Source: Tubiluchus corallicola | Taxonomy: Eukaryota; Animalia; Priapulida | Direction of reading: 5' to 3' | Assembly (NCBI GenBank): GCA_030141605.1 | Contig: JAQGDQ010000059.1 | Span: 372,001-436,000, forward strand | Length of the DNA: 64,000 bases | Shown: piece after piece, positions 54,001 through 63,530 of the stretch | Layout: each line of letters opens with the position of its first letter | How positions within the stretch are numbered: position 1 is the stretch's first letter | Program-made: the position numbers and the translations under genes | Notes under the pieces: generated by a model | What the model was told of the DNA's origin: nothing | Databases searched by the model: none | Seen by the model: only the letters and a program-made list of their open reading frames with translations

Positions 54001-57000
54001 TTCCTTATTCTGCCAATCATTTTGGTTCCATATTATTTACATTACTTTTATTTTTTTCGGTACCAGTTCGCATTTATTGAGAAACAAGGCGGATAATGTA
54101 ACTTTTGTGCAATTATTTACGGTTAAAGTGGGGTTCGAATTTAAACGAACTTACGCAAACCAGGCTTTAAGCAAAATAAAAGATACTGAACCACATTCAT
54201 TCCAGATAGCAGTTTAAACAGATGCAAATCTGGTGTAGCGTTTGTTTACTTTTCCTTTTATGATCTTGTTTAGATTATATAATTTATGTCTACAGTTATG
54301 GTACAGAGAGAATTTGTAAAATGTTATAATCTTCATTTCATACCGTTTTGAATTCCAGCAGCATATCACGCGTAATATGAATAGATTTCATGATGATTTT
54401 CTTCACGTCAACAATTTGACCCTGCGCAACAAAACAACCACCATCAATCAACCACAAAACAACCGCCCATCAATCAATTTTGTGCTCCCCGCCACGTTCC
54501 ACCTGCGTACCACCAATTATAAATTAAAAAAAACAGTTAGGGTAGAGTTTACAGAAGCATTTATTATTAACTTTTATTGTAGCGGCTTCATCAATAGCCT
54601 GAAAAGCTGATTAGGGAGCTATCCTAAGTCATTACTTGCAAAGGAAGAACAACGGTGAAAACTTATTGTATCGTATTGTATTGATGGTTCCTAGTTAAGG
54701 TTTTCAGTTTCAGTGTGAGATTTAACGACCTTTGATTGTGTAGGCAATCCTTATCTTTGTGTTTTTTAGTATTCACAATTCTACTTTAGAACATTAGAAT
54801 GTTTAGTTGCTATAGCAACTAATGAGTACTTGTAAATATTCTTTTGCAATAGGACTACTATAGAGAACCTACATGACTAGTCATTCACTTGGCGGCCACA
54901 ATGCAATGGCTTTTAGCATCTTCCCAAGAGTTACATATCTTACAGTCCTATGATAAACATTAGGCATTAGGTAGGCATTAGGGTTTTAGGTATTTTACAG
55001 CTAATTATATAACACACCAATATGTGCAGAAATAGGAAGGAAGAGAGAGAGGGGAGCGAGAAAGCGAGAGACAGACAGACGGACGGACGGACGGACAGAC
55101 AGACAAAGGACAGTCAGACGGACAGACAGACAAACAGACAACAGGCAGGCAGGCAGACAAACAGACAGAGAGTGAGAGTTAAAGAGAACCACCAACGTGT
55201 CAACTTCACACTAATTTATTATGCATGTACAATGTAAAATATGACACCATAATCGTTCAATATGTATGTCACGCCAGGTAGAGCATAATAGGCAATATTA
55301 GCACGAGTAAAAGGTGTTGAATATTCATTATTATTTTTGTATGTCCCTTTTCGCAAGTACTATACACCGAATAATAAGGGGAGCTGACCTAGAAAAGATT
55401 ACTTTATTGTTTCTTGTTGAGTGGATCATTTTCGACCGGGTGACAAACCATTTTTTCAAGTTTTTTTATGTGAAGCAACACCAAGGAATGGGATGACTGT
55501 CATAGTGTCTTTTTTCGTTATTCTCGTTTTAGTTTGTATTCCTCCCAAAATTGTGTGCAATACTGCAAGAAACTTCACAAGCTACTGTCATTTCTCGCTG
55601 CAAAATAACCCGTTCAATGAAGTACTCCATAGGAATGCGTTACAGCCTTATCGATACTCTCTTGACAGAAAAAGACTTCGAATAGGCTTGTGGAATGATG
55701 ATTATTCTCCCTTCTTGAATGATGTAGTTCAGCTTCTTAGCAAAGCCTTGAATTTTTCATATTCAGTAAAACTTATTGCAACGACACAGCGGCCGCGTGG
55801 GGCAATTAATAGAGGAGACATTGATGCACTTTTTGGGTTACTTACTGAATTGCCCGAAAGAACTAAACACATGACATTTCTTCAACCAATAGCTTACACG
55901 TCACGTGTATTCATCATAGAAAGACCTAAGTTTCAGGGATTTAATTTAACAGCTCCTTTTAACGCAGAAGTTTGGCTATCCATGTTGACATGCAGTTTAT
56001 TGACTGGATTTGCGCTATTTTCTCTTCATCATGCCCACAAATTATACTGTAAACATAATGTTGCTTGGACAACAAAGGGGTTGGCATACTTTATTCAGTA
56101 TACACTCTCCTCGTATCTTCAGCAAGGTGGAACATATCTACCCCAACGTCTCTCTGCAAGGATGGGCATTGGATGGTGGTGGATCTTTGCTGTCACCGTG
56201 ACAGCGTTGTATAATGGAACATTAGTTAACAAACTATTTATAAACAAGCACGCATATCCTTTTACATCTTTACAGGAGTTGATAGATGGTGACATAACAC
56301 CTGTAACAGTTGAATATCTCGCATCTACCATGATGTTAAAGAACAGTCCAAGTGGTACATATTATCAGAAGCTGTGGAAGAAAGCGGAAGCTGACAAAAC
56401 CGTACCTGTAGGCACCCGTGAAGAGGCATTGGAAAAAGTACTTTCTGGAAAATATACTTTCTTTACCAGTGAATCCAACGCAAAATTAGATGTGATTAAT
56501 GATTTTAAATCGCATGGATCATGCAGGTTGTCTCTTTCCCCAATTAAGTCAGCCCTTTTACCTAAGTCAGCGGTTGTCCCAAAAGGAAGCAACTATACAA
56601 TGCAGTTAAACTACGGACTAAACGTGTTGTCAGAGGCTGGTTTAATTGAACAACTTTTACGTAAGTTTTTGTCATCAGCAGATCATTGTTCACACTTGCG
56701 TAGTCAGAGTGTTGATGCCAAGCCTGTTAATTTAAATCAACTATCTCTTGTATTCTGGGTCCTGTTGATTGGAGTAAATGTCGGGTTTGTTGCTCTAATA
56801 AGTGAATGGCTGTACCGTAAAATGATGTGATGTTTTATCTTTTAAAGTTCTCAAGTTACTGATGTTTTGCTTTGTAAATTAATTAAGTCACCTTTGTCTG
56901 TAATAAATTTGTATTATGGTTATTTTGGGCTTAGGCAATCTTTATGGTTAGTTGACAGTAGTTTAGTACAATTAGTGACAGATAGCTTATTACCATCACC

Positions 57001-60000
57001 TCGGTAAGCAAAGACTAAATAGAATGTTCGCACATTATTACTATAAGTTCATTTGCAGAAAGCAAAGATTATATAGAATGTTTACGTATTATTGATCATC
57101 CGGTGATGAATTTTTTAGCGTTTGTCATTTTGCGCAGTTTCAACATTGTGCAAAATGTTTTTATTGTTTGCTGCTGTTTTGTGGCATTGTGTGGATAGTG
57201 TGAGGTTTTTTTTATTACTGTGTTGTCAAAGTAAGGCACTATTGCAGAAAAATTGTACAATTCGTACAATAGCACTAAAGTTTGTACTTGTCTCGGCCTT
57301 TAAAGCAGCGCTGGCTTCGAAAAGAGGCGGTAGCACTACTTGTAAAGAATGTTGTAATTTGGAGAGAGAATTCTTTGTCATAGTAGCACTTCATAGCGTG
57401 AAGCCGATGCGAATTGAGAGACAACAAACTCAGTAAGCGGATAACCCACCTCTTCGTATTCCAAACTAGTTTAATTTATGAAATAATTTCAAATTTCTAA
57501 ATAATTAAAAGCTAGTGTGGTAATTATTATGAAATGTCACAGTATAGCATAGCCGAATACCTACCTTATACACAGCAGTTGTTCTACCGCCACGCATTAA
57601 ACTCTGAAATAAGAAAAAGCTGAAATCAGTTTAAGGCTATAATTCAATAATTTAATACTTATACTAATACATGAAAGAGCCTAACCTCGAACGGTTTTTT
57701 CCCCTCATTTAGTTTTAAGCTAGTAGCAAAAGTTATGATTTAGTTTTAGAGAAGTTACCTAATTCCAGGAAACTAGCAGCTAAAAGGGGAACTTGTTTTT
57801 CGTTTTGACAGAAGCTCTACAGAAGAGAAAAAGAGCCTACTACAGGGGCCTTTACCCGCTTGCTATGCACAATAAATTGCAACCACATAATAAATTTATT
57901 ATGATCAATCCGCTTATATCTTTATTACTACGCACCAGGCGAGGCGATCGACGGCGACATTTTTGAAAATCTTATCTGAATGCAGAGGCACGTGACATTG
58001 TAGATTTACCATTGGATAGGGCTACAAGTCAATTCTAGACTATTTCCACTTTTCTTGCTATATAAAAGACACCAGAAAAAAGTTCCACAGTCAATAAAAT
58101 GTAAGACTGTAGTTCTTTTTTAATCCCTATGAGCAGTTGCTCACTTGTATAATAAATTTTCAAAGTCAACCTCCAGTAAGTCCAGTTAAGCTTTGAAAAT
58201 GGCTGTATGTGTTTGAAGTACGGACACTTGTTTATCAACATTTGCGTCCGGGGTTGTACTGCAATTGCAATTACTTGAACACAATTTCAATATTTTCTAA
58301 ATTCTAAATATGAATACATATATCAACCCCACATTTATGTTTGTGTCGTAAACTTACGTAATAATATGCTGTACTGATTGTTTTAAGCGATTTTACAGAC
58401 GAACCATTTATCTGAACTTCAGGCATTTTGACTTCCGAAAAGGTAACGGACCACCACATATCAGAAAGAGCAGACTCTAGATGCATGCGCCTAAAATGTT
58501 TGTCAATTTACAGCTACAGCACTGTCAGCACATGTTCAACTAAAGTGTCACGGAAACAGTATTTTCGTTTAAATGCAATTGTAAACGAATGCTTATTAAT
58601 CTAAGAAATTTTTTTTAGGACAACTCAAATAAGCTTATAGATGAAAATCTATAGGTGAAGAAATTAATTCAGTTCAAGACACTATTTGAAAGCAGCACGA
58701 TATTGATTCTTATTTAGTTTTTCTATTTGTTAAATTTATAAGATCTGCTTTACCCGTAACTCTTTAACTCTTGTAGGCCTGTTACAACGGATTTTATAGT
58801 ATTAAAATAAAATAAAATCGACATTTCTGTACCTGTATATCAGAAAAACAACCACAAATAACACCGCAGCCATTGCAACACTTATCATGGCGATCGTCCA
58901 TCCAGAAAAATTTGCTGAAATATAGTTCACTGTTATCATTGTTGCGTTATAATGCTCTGAACAATACTTTTCAACTTTCTACGTACGAAAAGTCGAGTAA
59001 TATAATAATCAATGGGCACAAAACCTAAATTTTGCTTTTATGCAGGTTCTTTAACCACACTAAAGTATAAAATAGACTTTTTCGTGGGATGTTTCTGCGA
59101 TTAAAAATGATGTTCTGTTCTGACATCATCGCTTGCTGCGCTCGCTGGCTGTTAATTAGGTTTTAAAGCTATTATTTAATTTTCCGAAACGCTTGGCATT
59201 ATTATAAGTGTTAAAATGTATACTTCTTACAGTAGTTCAGACTAGAGCTGGATGTAAAATAATCGGTGGTTTGCCGAAGGACCATCGGACAAAAAACCAC
59301 GCAACAAAGGACCACTAATCAAACAACCATCATCAACGCTTTAATAATGGTCAAAGGACCAACTGTCAGTGAAATGGACTGAGAAGCACTGTTCGAAGGA
59401 CCACCAGTGGAGGTGTTGACAGCTACTTGAGTGAAATTGTACCTTTTATTTACCAGTCATATTTTATTTAAAAAAGTGGAATAAATAATTTTGTGATGAT
59501 AATAATAATAATGTATAATAACTGATAAATAACTCTTATGCTTTCTTATTTTATTTTTATTTAAAATTTATTTCGTACACTAAAATGGATAGCTTAGTAA
59601 GAAAAGTTAAACTGTACGCAAGACTAACAGACAAAAAATAATTAGGTGCTTTAAAAACGTAAACGAAAAATTTATCAGGTAGGTTTGAGGGCAGAGTTTT
59701 TTTGGGAGAGATTTTAATATGAAAAATCGTTTTGTAACAGATGGTGCTCGCTTAATTGCCGTAGCTTGATTTTCGTATGTTTGATATTTGTTCAAACTGC
59801 TACGTGTGGGTTGGTACATGATTAGCATGCATCTACGGGCGGTTTCGGAATTCTAAAAAGAAGACAATTCAAAAGAAGGCTAAGTCATTTGTCGTCGTTG
59901 GGAAATGTTTTAATGCTTGCTGATCGTTGCAAGGAAGAGATGAAACGTGTGAGTGTTTAGGTTAGTTACGAAATAATTGCAGTTGCGATGAAAATTTCAT

Positions 60001-60877
60001 GCAGGTGTGCCGTACTTGAAATACCGGATGAGCTATACATTAAATGTGAACGTTGTTAAGTTAAACACACCCGAACTCCGAGTCACAAAAAGATATATTA
60101 TTTTTGAATAGGTATTTCCAGTTAAGTGTTTAGTGAAGTCACGCATTGTAGCAAAACGTCTTCACTAAAACTTCGGTTAGCTGGTAACAGTATCATTGTC
60201 AACAGTACCTTTGTAAATATAAGGTAGCCTGCTATTTCTAAATTGTTTTGTTGCATTTAATACAATTAAACTTAAAATTAAAGGTACCTACATTTCAAAG
60301 TTATATGTTTTTAAAATTTAAAAAAATCAAATTTAATTATTTCATTTTAAACATTCTAATAATTATTATCTAAATTTGTAGCACCATAAAATAAGGCAAT
60401 GTATAAAAACAGTATTTTGGCCTAGTGAGCATAAGGTTCTGGCAAATAAATAATGGAAAACTTCACAGTTAACCTCTGCAGGCAACTCAACACAAAGCAA
60501 AATGTGTCTCAAATGGTTTTTCGGTTTACATTTGGTCTGGTAATTTTTAATTGGTGCACGTTTGTCTGGTGGTCATTCGGCTTGTGGTCCTTCAACTGAT
60601 AGTCCTTTGACCTATGACCTATACGATCAATTCAAGCAAAAAGTGAAACCAATTTATTTATACAGTGGTAGTAATTAAATTATCTTAATTGTTGTCAAAC
60701 CTAACCGTCCGAGCATTGCGTTTATATGCACTCACGTTTTAGCTGACACTCGGGTGCGTTACCCTCAAAACCACAGCGTGGCACATCGGGAGGAGGTCCC
60801 TTGTTGTTTGGCCAGTGAATCCGTTCCCACTTCTGCATTACGTAACGTTTTTCAGCCGCTGAATAATGTGTAACTAC
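39602..60877 (-). CDS. Receptor (transmembrane) guanylyl cyclase, natriuretic-peptide-receptor-like; 5'-partial (15 exons, ~659 aa in window)
   Basis: Exons: 60877-60736, 58914-58833, 58490-58358, 57603-57565, 54421-54344, 51887-51711, 51353-51182, 50069-49911, 49314-49146, 48541-48392, 43637-43514, 43047-42804, 42309-42211, 41543-41452, 39721-39602 (1980 nt, phases consistent). Juxtamembrane [16 protein letters not shown]; TM helix [22 protein letters not shown]; kinase-homology domain ([55 protein letters not shown]); coiled coil [14 protein letters not shown]; cyclase [55 protein letters not shown]. No further upstream exon found in 60878-64000. Confidence 0.93.
40030..40165. repeat. (AGTC)n tetranucleotide microsatellite within a degenerate tetranucleotide field
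   Basis: Over 20 near-perfect CAGT units, with degenerate flanks from ~39900 to 40250. Confidence 0.95.
40390..41019 (-). mobile_element. L2-like LINE 3' fragment
   Basis: Translation [63 protein letters not shown] matches the L2 ORF2 C-terminal pattern LQ..QN.AA.L....K.DHI.P.L..LHWLPV..RI.YK.LLL.FK.L..LAP.Y. The 3' boundary is approximate. Confidence 0.75.
41020..41086. repeat. (ACCA)n microsatellite
   Basis: About 16 CAAC units directly abutting the L2 fragment. Confidence 0.95.
45780..46708 (+). mobile_element. Degenerate LINE 3' fragment (Rex-Babar/L2-like RT)
   Basis: KYADDTA at ~45852-45872; [11 protein letters not shown]; [11 protein letters not shown] (the R..SF.P.AIR.LN pattern); ends in an (ATCTT)n tail at ~46695-46708. 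Confidence 0.7.
46710..47770 (-). mobile_element. Degenerate LINE reverse-transcriptase fragment
   Basis: Minus-strand remnants [22 protein letters not shown] (G.PQGSVL.P) and KYADEGTL (YADD), with many stops and frameshifts. Confidence 0.6.
47840..48192. repeat. CpG-rich, internally repetitive MITE-like segment
   Basis: Recurrent (T/C)CGCGAATATTTTG, TGGCGAC and TTTGCGA motifs. Similar motif style at 45270-45530. No TIR/TSD pair confirmed. Confidence 0.35.
49344..49663 (-). mobile_element. hAT (Buster/Charlie/SPIN-type) transposon 3' end with transposase C-terminus
   Basis: Terminal CAGGGGTGTCCAACCT...GAGGGCC...CGCGGGCCGG. Minus strand 49663-49514 encodes [49 protein letters not shown], the typical Buster/GTF2IRD2-type C-terminus. 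Confidence 0.85.
50798..51072. repeat. Compound trinucleotide microsatellite (CAT)n-(CAA)n-(CCT)n-(CAT)n-(CAA)n
   Basis: Directly visible. It produces the poly-I/M/S pseudo-ORFs at 50625-51170. Confidence 0.97.
52490..53950. mobile_element. Foldback-like element: long modular inverted arms around a cryptic trinucleotide core
   Basis: Left arm built of AAAATGTG/AAAAGTG modules, ending GTTTGCTATAAATCAACATGCATGACAGTTTACTGTTTGACCAA. The right arm (53730-53950) is its diverged reverse complement (TTGGCAAACACAGTAAACTACCATGTATGCTGTATTTATGCTAAAC; CACATTTT/CACTTT modules). Confidence 0.6.
54803..54822. promoter_or_regulatory. Perfect 20-bp palindrome containing an RFX X-box (GTTGCTATAGCAAC)
   Basis: TTAGTTGCTATAGCAACTAA is its own reverse complement. 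The core 54806-54819 matches the RFX X-box consensus and lies ~670 bp upstream of the IR ATG. Function is inferred, not shown. Confidence 0.55.
55036..55180. repeat. Purine-rich (GA)n/(GACA)n/(GACG)n/(GGCA)n compound microsatellite upstream of the IR gene
   Basis: Directly visible. Confidence 0.9.
55493..56830 (+). CDS. Intronless divergent ionotropic receptor (IR / iGluR-like ligand-gated channel subunit lacking the ATD), 445 aa, nested antisense in a guanylyl cyclase intron
   Basis: Uninterrupted ORF; the track starts it at GTG 55421, and the first in-frame ATG is 55493, followed by a signal-peptide-like [16 protein letters not shown]1 lobe ([35 protein letters not shown]), M1 ([12 protein letters not shown]), pore loop [17 protein letters not shown]3 [21 protein letters not shown]2 ([31 protein letters not shown]), M4 ([14 protein letters not shown]...LISEW). 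AATAAA at 56902-56907. Confidence 0.9.
   Translation: MTVIVSFFVILVLVCIPPKIVCNTARNFTSYCHFSLQNNPFNEVLHRNALQPYRYSLDRKRLRIGLWNDDYSPFLNDVVQLLSKALNFSYSVKLIATTQRPRGAINRGDIDALFGLLTELPERTKHMTFLQPIAYTSRVFIIERPKFQGFNLTAPFNAEVWLSMLTCSLLTGFALFSLHHAHKLYCKHNVAWTTKGLAYFIQYTLSSYLQQGGTYLPQRLSARMGIGWWWIFAVTVTALYNGTLVNKLFINKHAYPFTSLQELIDGDITPVTVEYLASTMMLKNSPSGTYYQKLWKKAEADKTVPVGTREEALEKVLSGKYTFFTSESNAKLDVINDFKSHGSCRLSLSPIKSALLPKSAVVPKGSNYTMQLNYGLNVLSEAGLIEQLLRKFLSSADHCSHLRSQSVDAKPVNLNQLSLVFWVLLIGVNVGFVALISEWLYRKMM
56902..56907 (+). promoter_or_regulatory. Putative polyadenylation signal of the nested IR gene
   Basis: AATAAA 72 bp after the IR stop codon, followed by GT/T-rich sequence. Confidence 0.45.
59260..60620. 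mobile_element. Possible old DNA element with GGACCA-module inverted ends
   Basis: GGTCAAAGGACCAACTGTCAGT...GAAGGACCAC (59349-59405) versus the reverse complement of GTGGTCCTTCAACTGATAGTCCTTTGACC (~60584-60612). Confidence 0.35.
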
Positions 60878-61274
60878 CTGCAGAATAACAAAATTTACCT
60901 GCATTAAATAAGAGGAAACCCCAGTCCTATTTTTTGAACTAAAAACTATTACCATGTGGTATCTGCAAAAGCACTGTAATAACCTTAGTGTATCTTGGTC
61001 GTCGATGCATACATTTTATTATAAGTAGTCTTGTATAAGCTATTTGTACACTTTATATCTTTATGTTATTCCGCTTTCAATTTCTAAGATATTTGCATTC
61101 TTATGGTTTTTGTGTTTTTGTGAATACAAGTAGTCCTTTTCTGAAGTGTTCTTTTCTGGAGACATCATGCAACTTCCATCTATTGATTAATTCTAGATCT
61201 AATCTCATTTGGCGATGTTCAGTGAATCAGCGGCATCTGTATTTTTCTTTTAGTCCATGTCTCTATAAAACAAT

Positions 61275-63530
61275 AGTCCGGTCTGTTAATCGAAAAAAGG
61301 GACTGACTGAATACTGCTACCAAATTATCAGGAATTATTCTTTAGGTCATTCTGACAGCGTTTTGGACATTTTTATAAAAGTTTGCATTTTGGCCCGCTG
61401 TCCCAGGACACCAAAAAGTCACGAAATGGCCCTCCACTTTGGAAGTTTATAACTCCAAAGCGTTCACAGATAGACACTTGGGTACTATTAGGGGCGAATA
61501 GGAACTTATACGTGGGCTTTCATTTGGCAGTACGATTAGTGGCCTTGGAACTCACAAAATGGCCCGGGACACTAAGGGTCACGAAATGGTGCTTACGAGT
61601 ATGCACTTTGGAGGCTTATAACCGCAAAACGCTCACAGATAGACAACTAGCTGCCATTAGGAAGGAAGTTATATGTGGGCGTTCATTTGATAGTACGATT
61701 AGTGGACCCAGGAAGACATGAAGTGGCTAAATTACGTCATCAGTACACTCTAGCCATTTCGCAAAATGTTTCTACATAGTTTGGTAGTGAAGCCATAAAA
61801 TGTGACGAAATGTATTATGGACCATTAGGAAATCGGCCATTCGCTACAAGAATTTTGGGTCTAAGTTGTACGTCAGGGGCAGTGATGACGTCATCTGCAC
61901 CCTTGTTCATGTACCAAATTTAGACAATCTTAACTTTTTGTCATATATGTCATCTATATTCATGCAAAGTGTGTTAATTACCTATACTAGGTAAGTTACA
62001 TGCAGTCTGAGTATGTGTCTCGTGAACGTCGATACGGGACTATGACATTGCCAGCACCCTGTCCCAAACATCAAGGCTGCTTTACTTGTGAAATTAATGA
62101 CCGGGTAATCGTTAATAATCACAAAATACATCAAATGATGATTATAAATTAGAAACTGATGCGCAGGTTTTTTGTCCAATAGCTAGTGTGCAGGTAACAA
62201 AGTCATTATAGGCTTCATTGTTAATTATGACAAAAATGCTACAAGAATGAGGAAATCATTAACAGATTTCTAAGAAACTACTGACACGAAAAATGTTTTT
62301 TTAAACATTAAGTGCACCACATTATGACGTCAGTACCTTTATTGCCGATAATAATGACGATATTAGCCTCTTTGTTATAATGTATGGGGAACATGCATAC
62401 GACTCACTTAATTTCTCCGATCTAAGCAGTAACATCATTCTGTGATGTCACTTGCCTAACTTGGAAACTATATGACGTCGCAAAATTTTCCATACTCATT
62501 CACAAAAATCTTGAAATGTTTGGAATCCGAATATAATATTATGGGCCTATAGTGACGTCACTACCTGCAAACTACCTATCAAACAAAAAGCTACGCATCA
62601 AGTTCTCGTTTTGTATCGCCATTTGATGTATTTTGTAATTATCAACGGTTAGCCGGCCGTTAATTTCGTCATCACGTCATCACTGCCCTGGCCCTGGAAC
62701 TTAGACCCAAAACTCTCCTAGGAAATGGTCGATTTCCTATTGGTTTTAGCACTATGTGGAACGAAACAAACATATGTAGTTTTTTAATGTTGTAGTTATA
62801 TTTGAAGATCAGTTATAGAACGGCCTCTTTTCTTAACTGCAACTTTCTCATGGAGAGACAACTGTGAAAAGTTAAGCTGTTGTAGTTCACTTACAATCGC
62901 AGAACTTATTTCTTTGGGATGCAATCATGAAAGGCGTCCATTATTAAATAATTTATGTTTTAAGCACACACGCTAAGTTTACACTTCATCATATCCAAGA
63001 ATATAGTGGTACACGGTAAGCACGTGGCATTGTTACTGTGATAGACAGCACTTTTCTCCCTAGCAGCAGAGGCTAGCATACAGAGTGTTATCTCAGACAT
63101 GTGCGCACGGCCGCATGCGCACAACAGCCAAGCACCACATTGCTCTGGTTCCGTACAAAAAGAACTAAAAAAGACTTATTGTATTGAATATTATCGATAA
63201 TAATGAGTGAAAATAGGGGGTGCTGCAGTACAACGGTACCTATAGACGAGCCGCCACTGCCTGGGTTACTAATTGTAGCCTAATGCAAATGCCCTGCTAA
63301 TAACAGCCAAGTGTCTATCTATGAGCGTTTTGGAATTATGTCTCCAAGTGATACTCCTAAGCACCATTTCGTGACGTTTTAGTGTCCTGAGACAGTGGGT
63401 CAAAATACAAAATTTTATAAAAATGTCCAAACCGCCGTTAGAATGACATAAAGAAACATTCCCGAAAGTTTGGCAGCTGTATGCAGTCAGTCCCCATTTC
63501 ATCAAAATTTGGCCTTAACAGACCGGACGG
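61275..63530. mobile_element. Pair of HINE/Helentron-like repeats in inverted orientation (61275-61900 vs 62660-63530)
   Basis: 61275-61500 matches the reverse complement of 63300-63530 (GTCCGGTCTGTTAA...GGGACTGACTG...TTGGACATTTTTATAAAA...GTCACGAAATGG). 61820-61895 matches the reverse complement of 62670-62745. The left copy has two ~165-bp tandem core units (61400-61720). Confidence 0.7.
63040..63259 (-). mobile_element. Non-autonomous hAT-like element, copy 2 (same family as 9264-9800), inserted in the HINE-like repeat
   Basis: The reverse complement begins CAGTGGCGGCTCGTCTATAGG and contains GCAGCACCCC(C)TATTTTCACTCATTATTATC as in copy 1. Left boundary approximate. Confidence 0.7.

Noticed and set aside
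54959-54990. TTAGG/TTAGGG telomere-like motifs
   Set aside because: Only a few interrupted units; too short to call an interstitial telomeric array.
55421-55492. GTG-initiated 24-aa N-terminal extension of the IR ORF
   Set aside because: In a eukaryote the ATG at 55493, which directly precedes the hydrophobic signal peptide, is the more plausible start.
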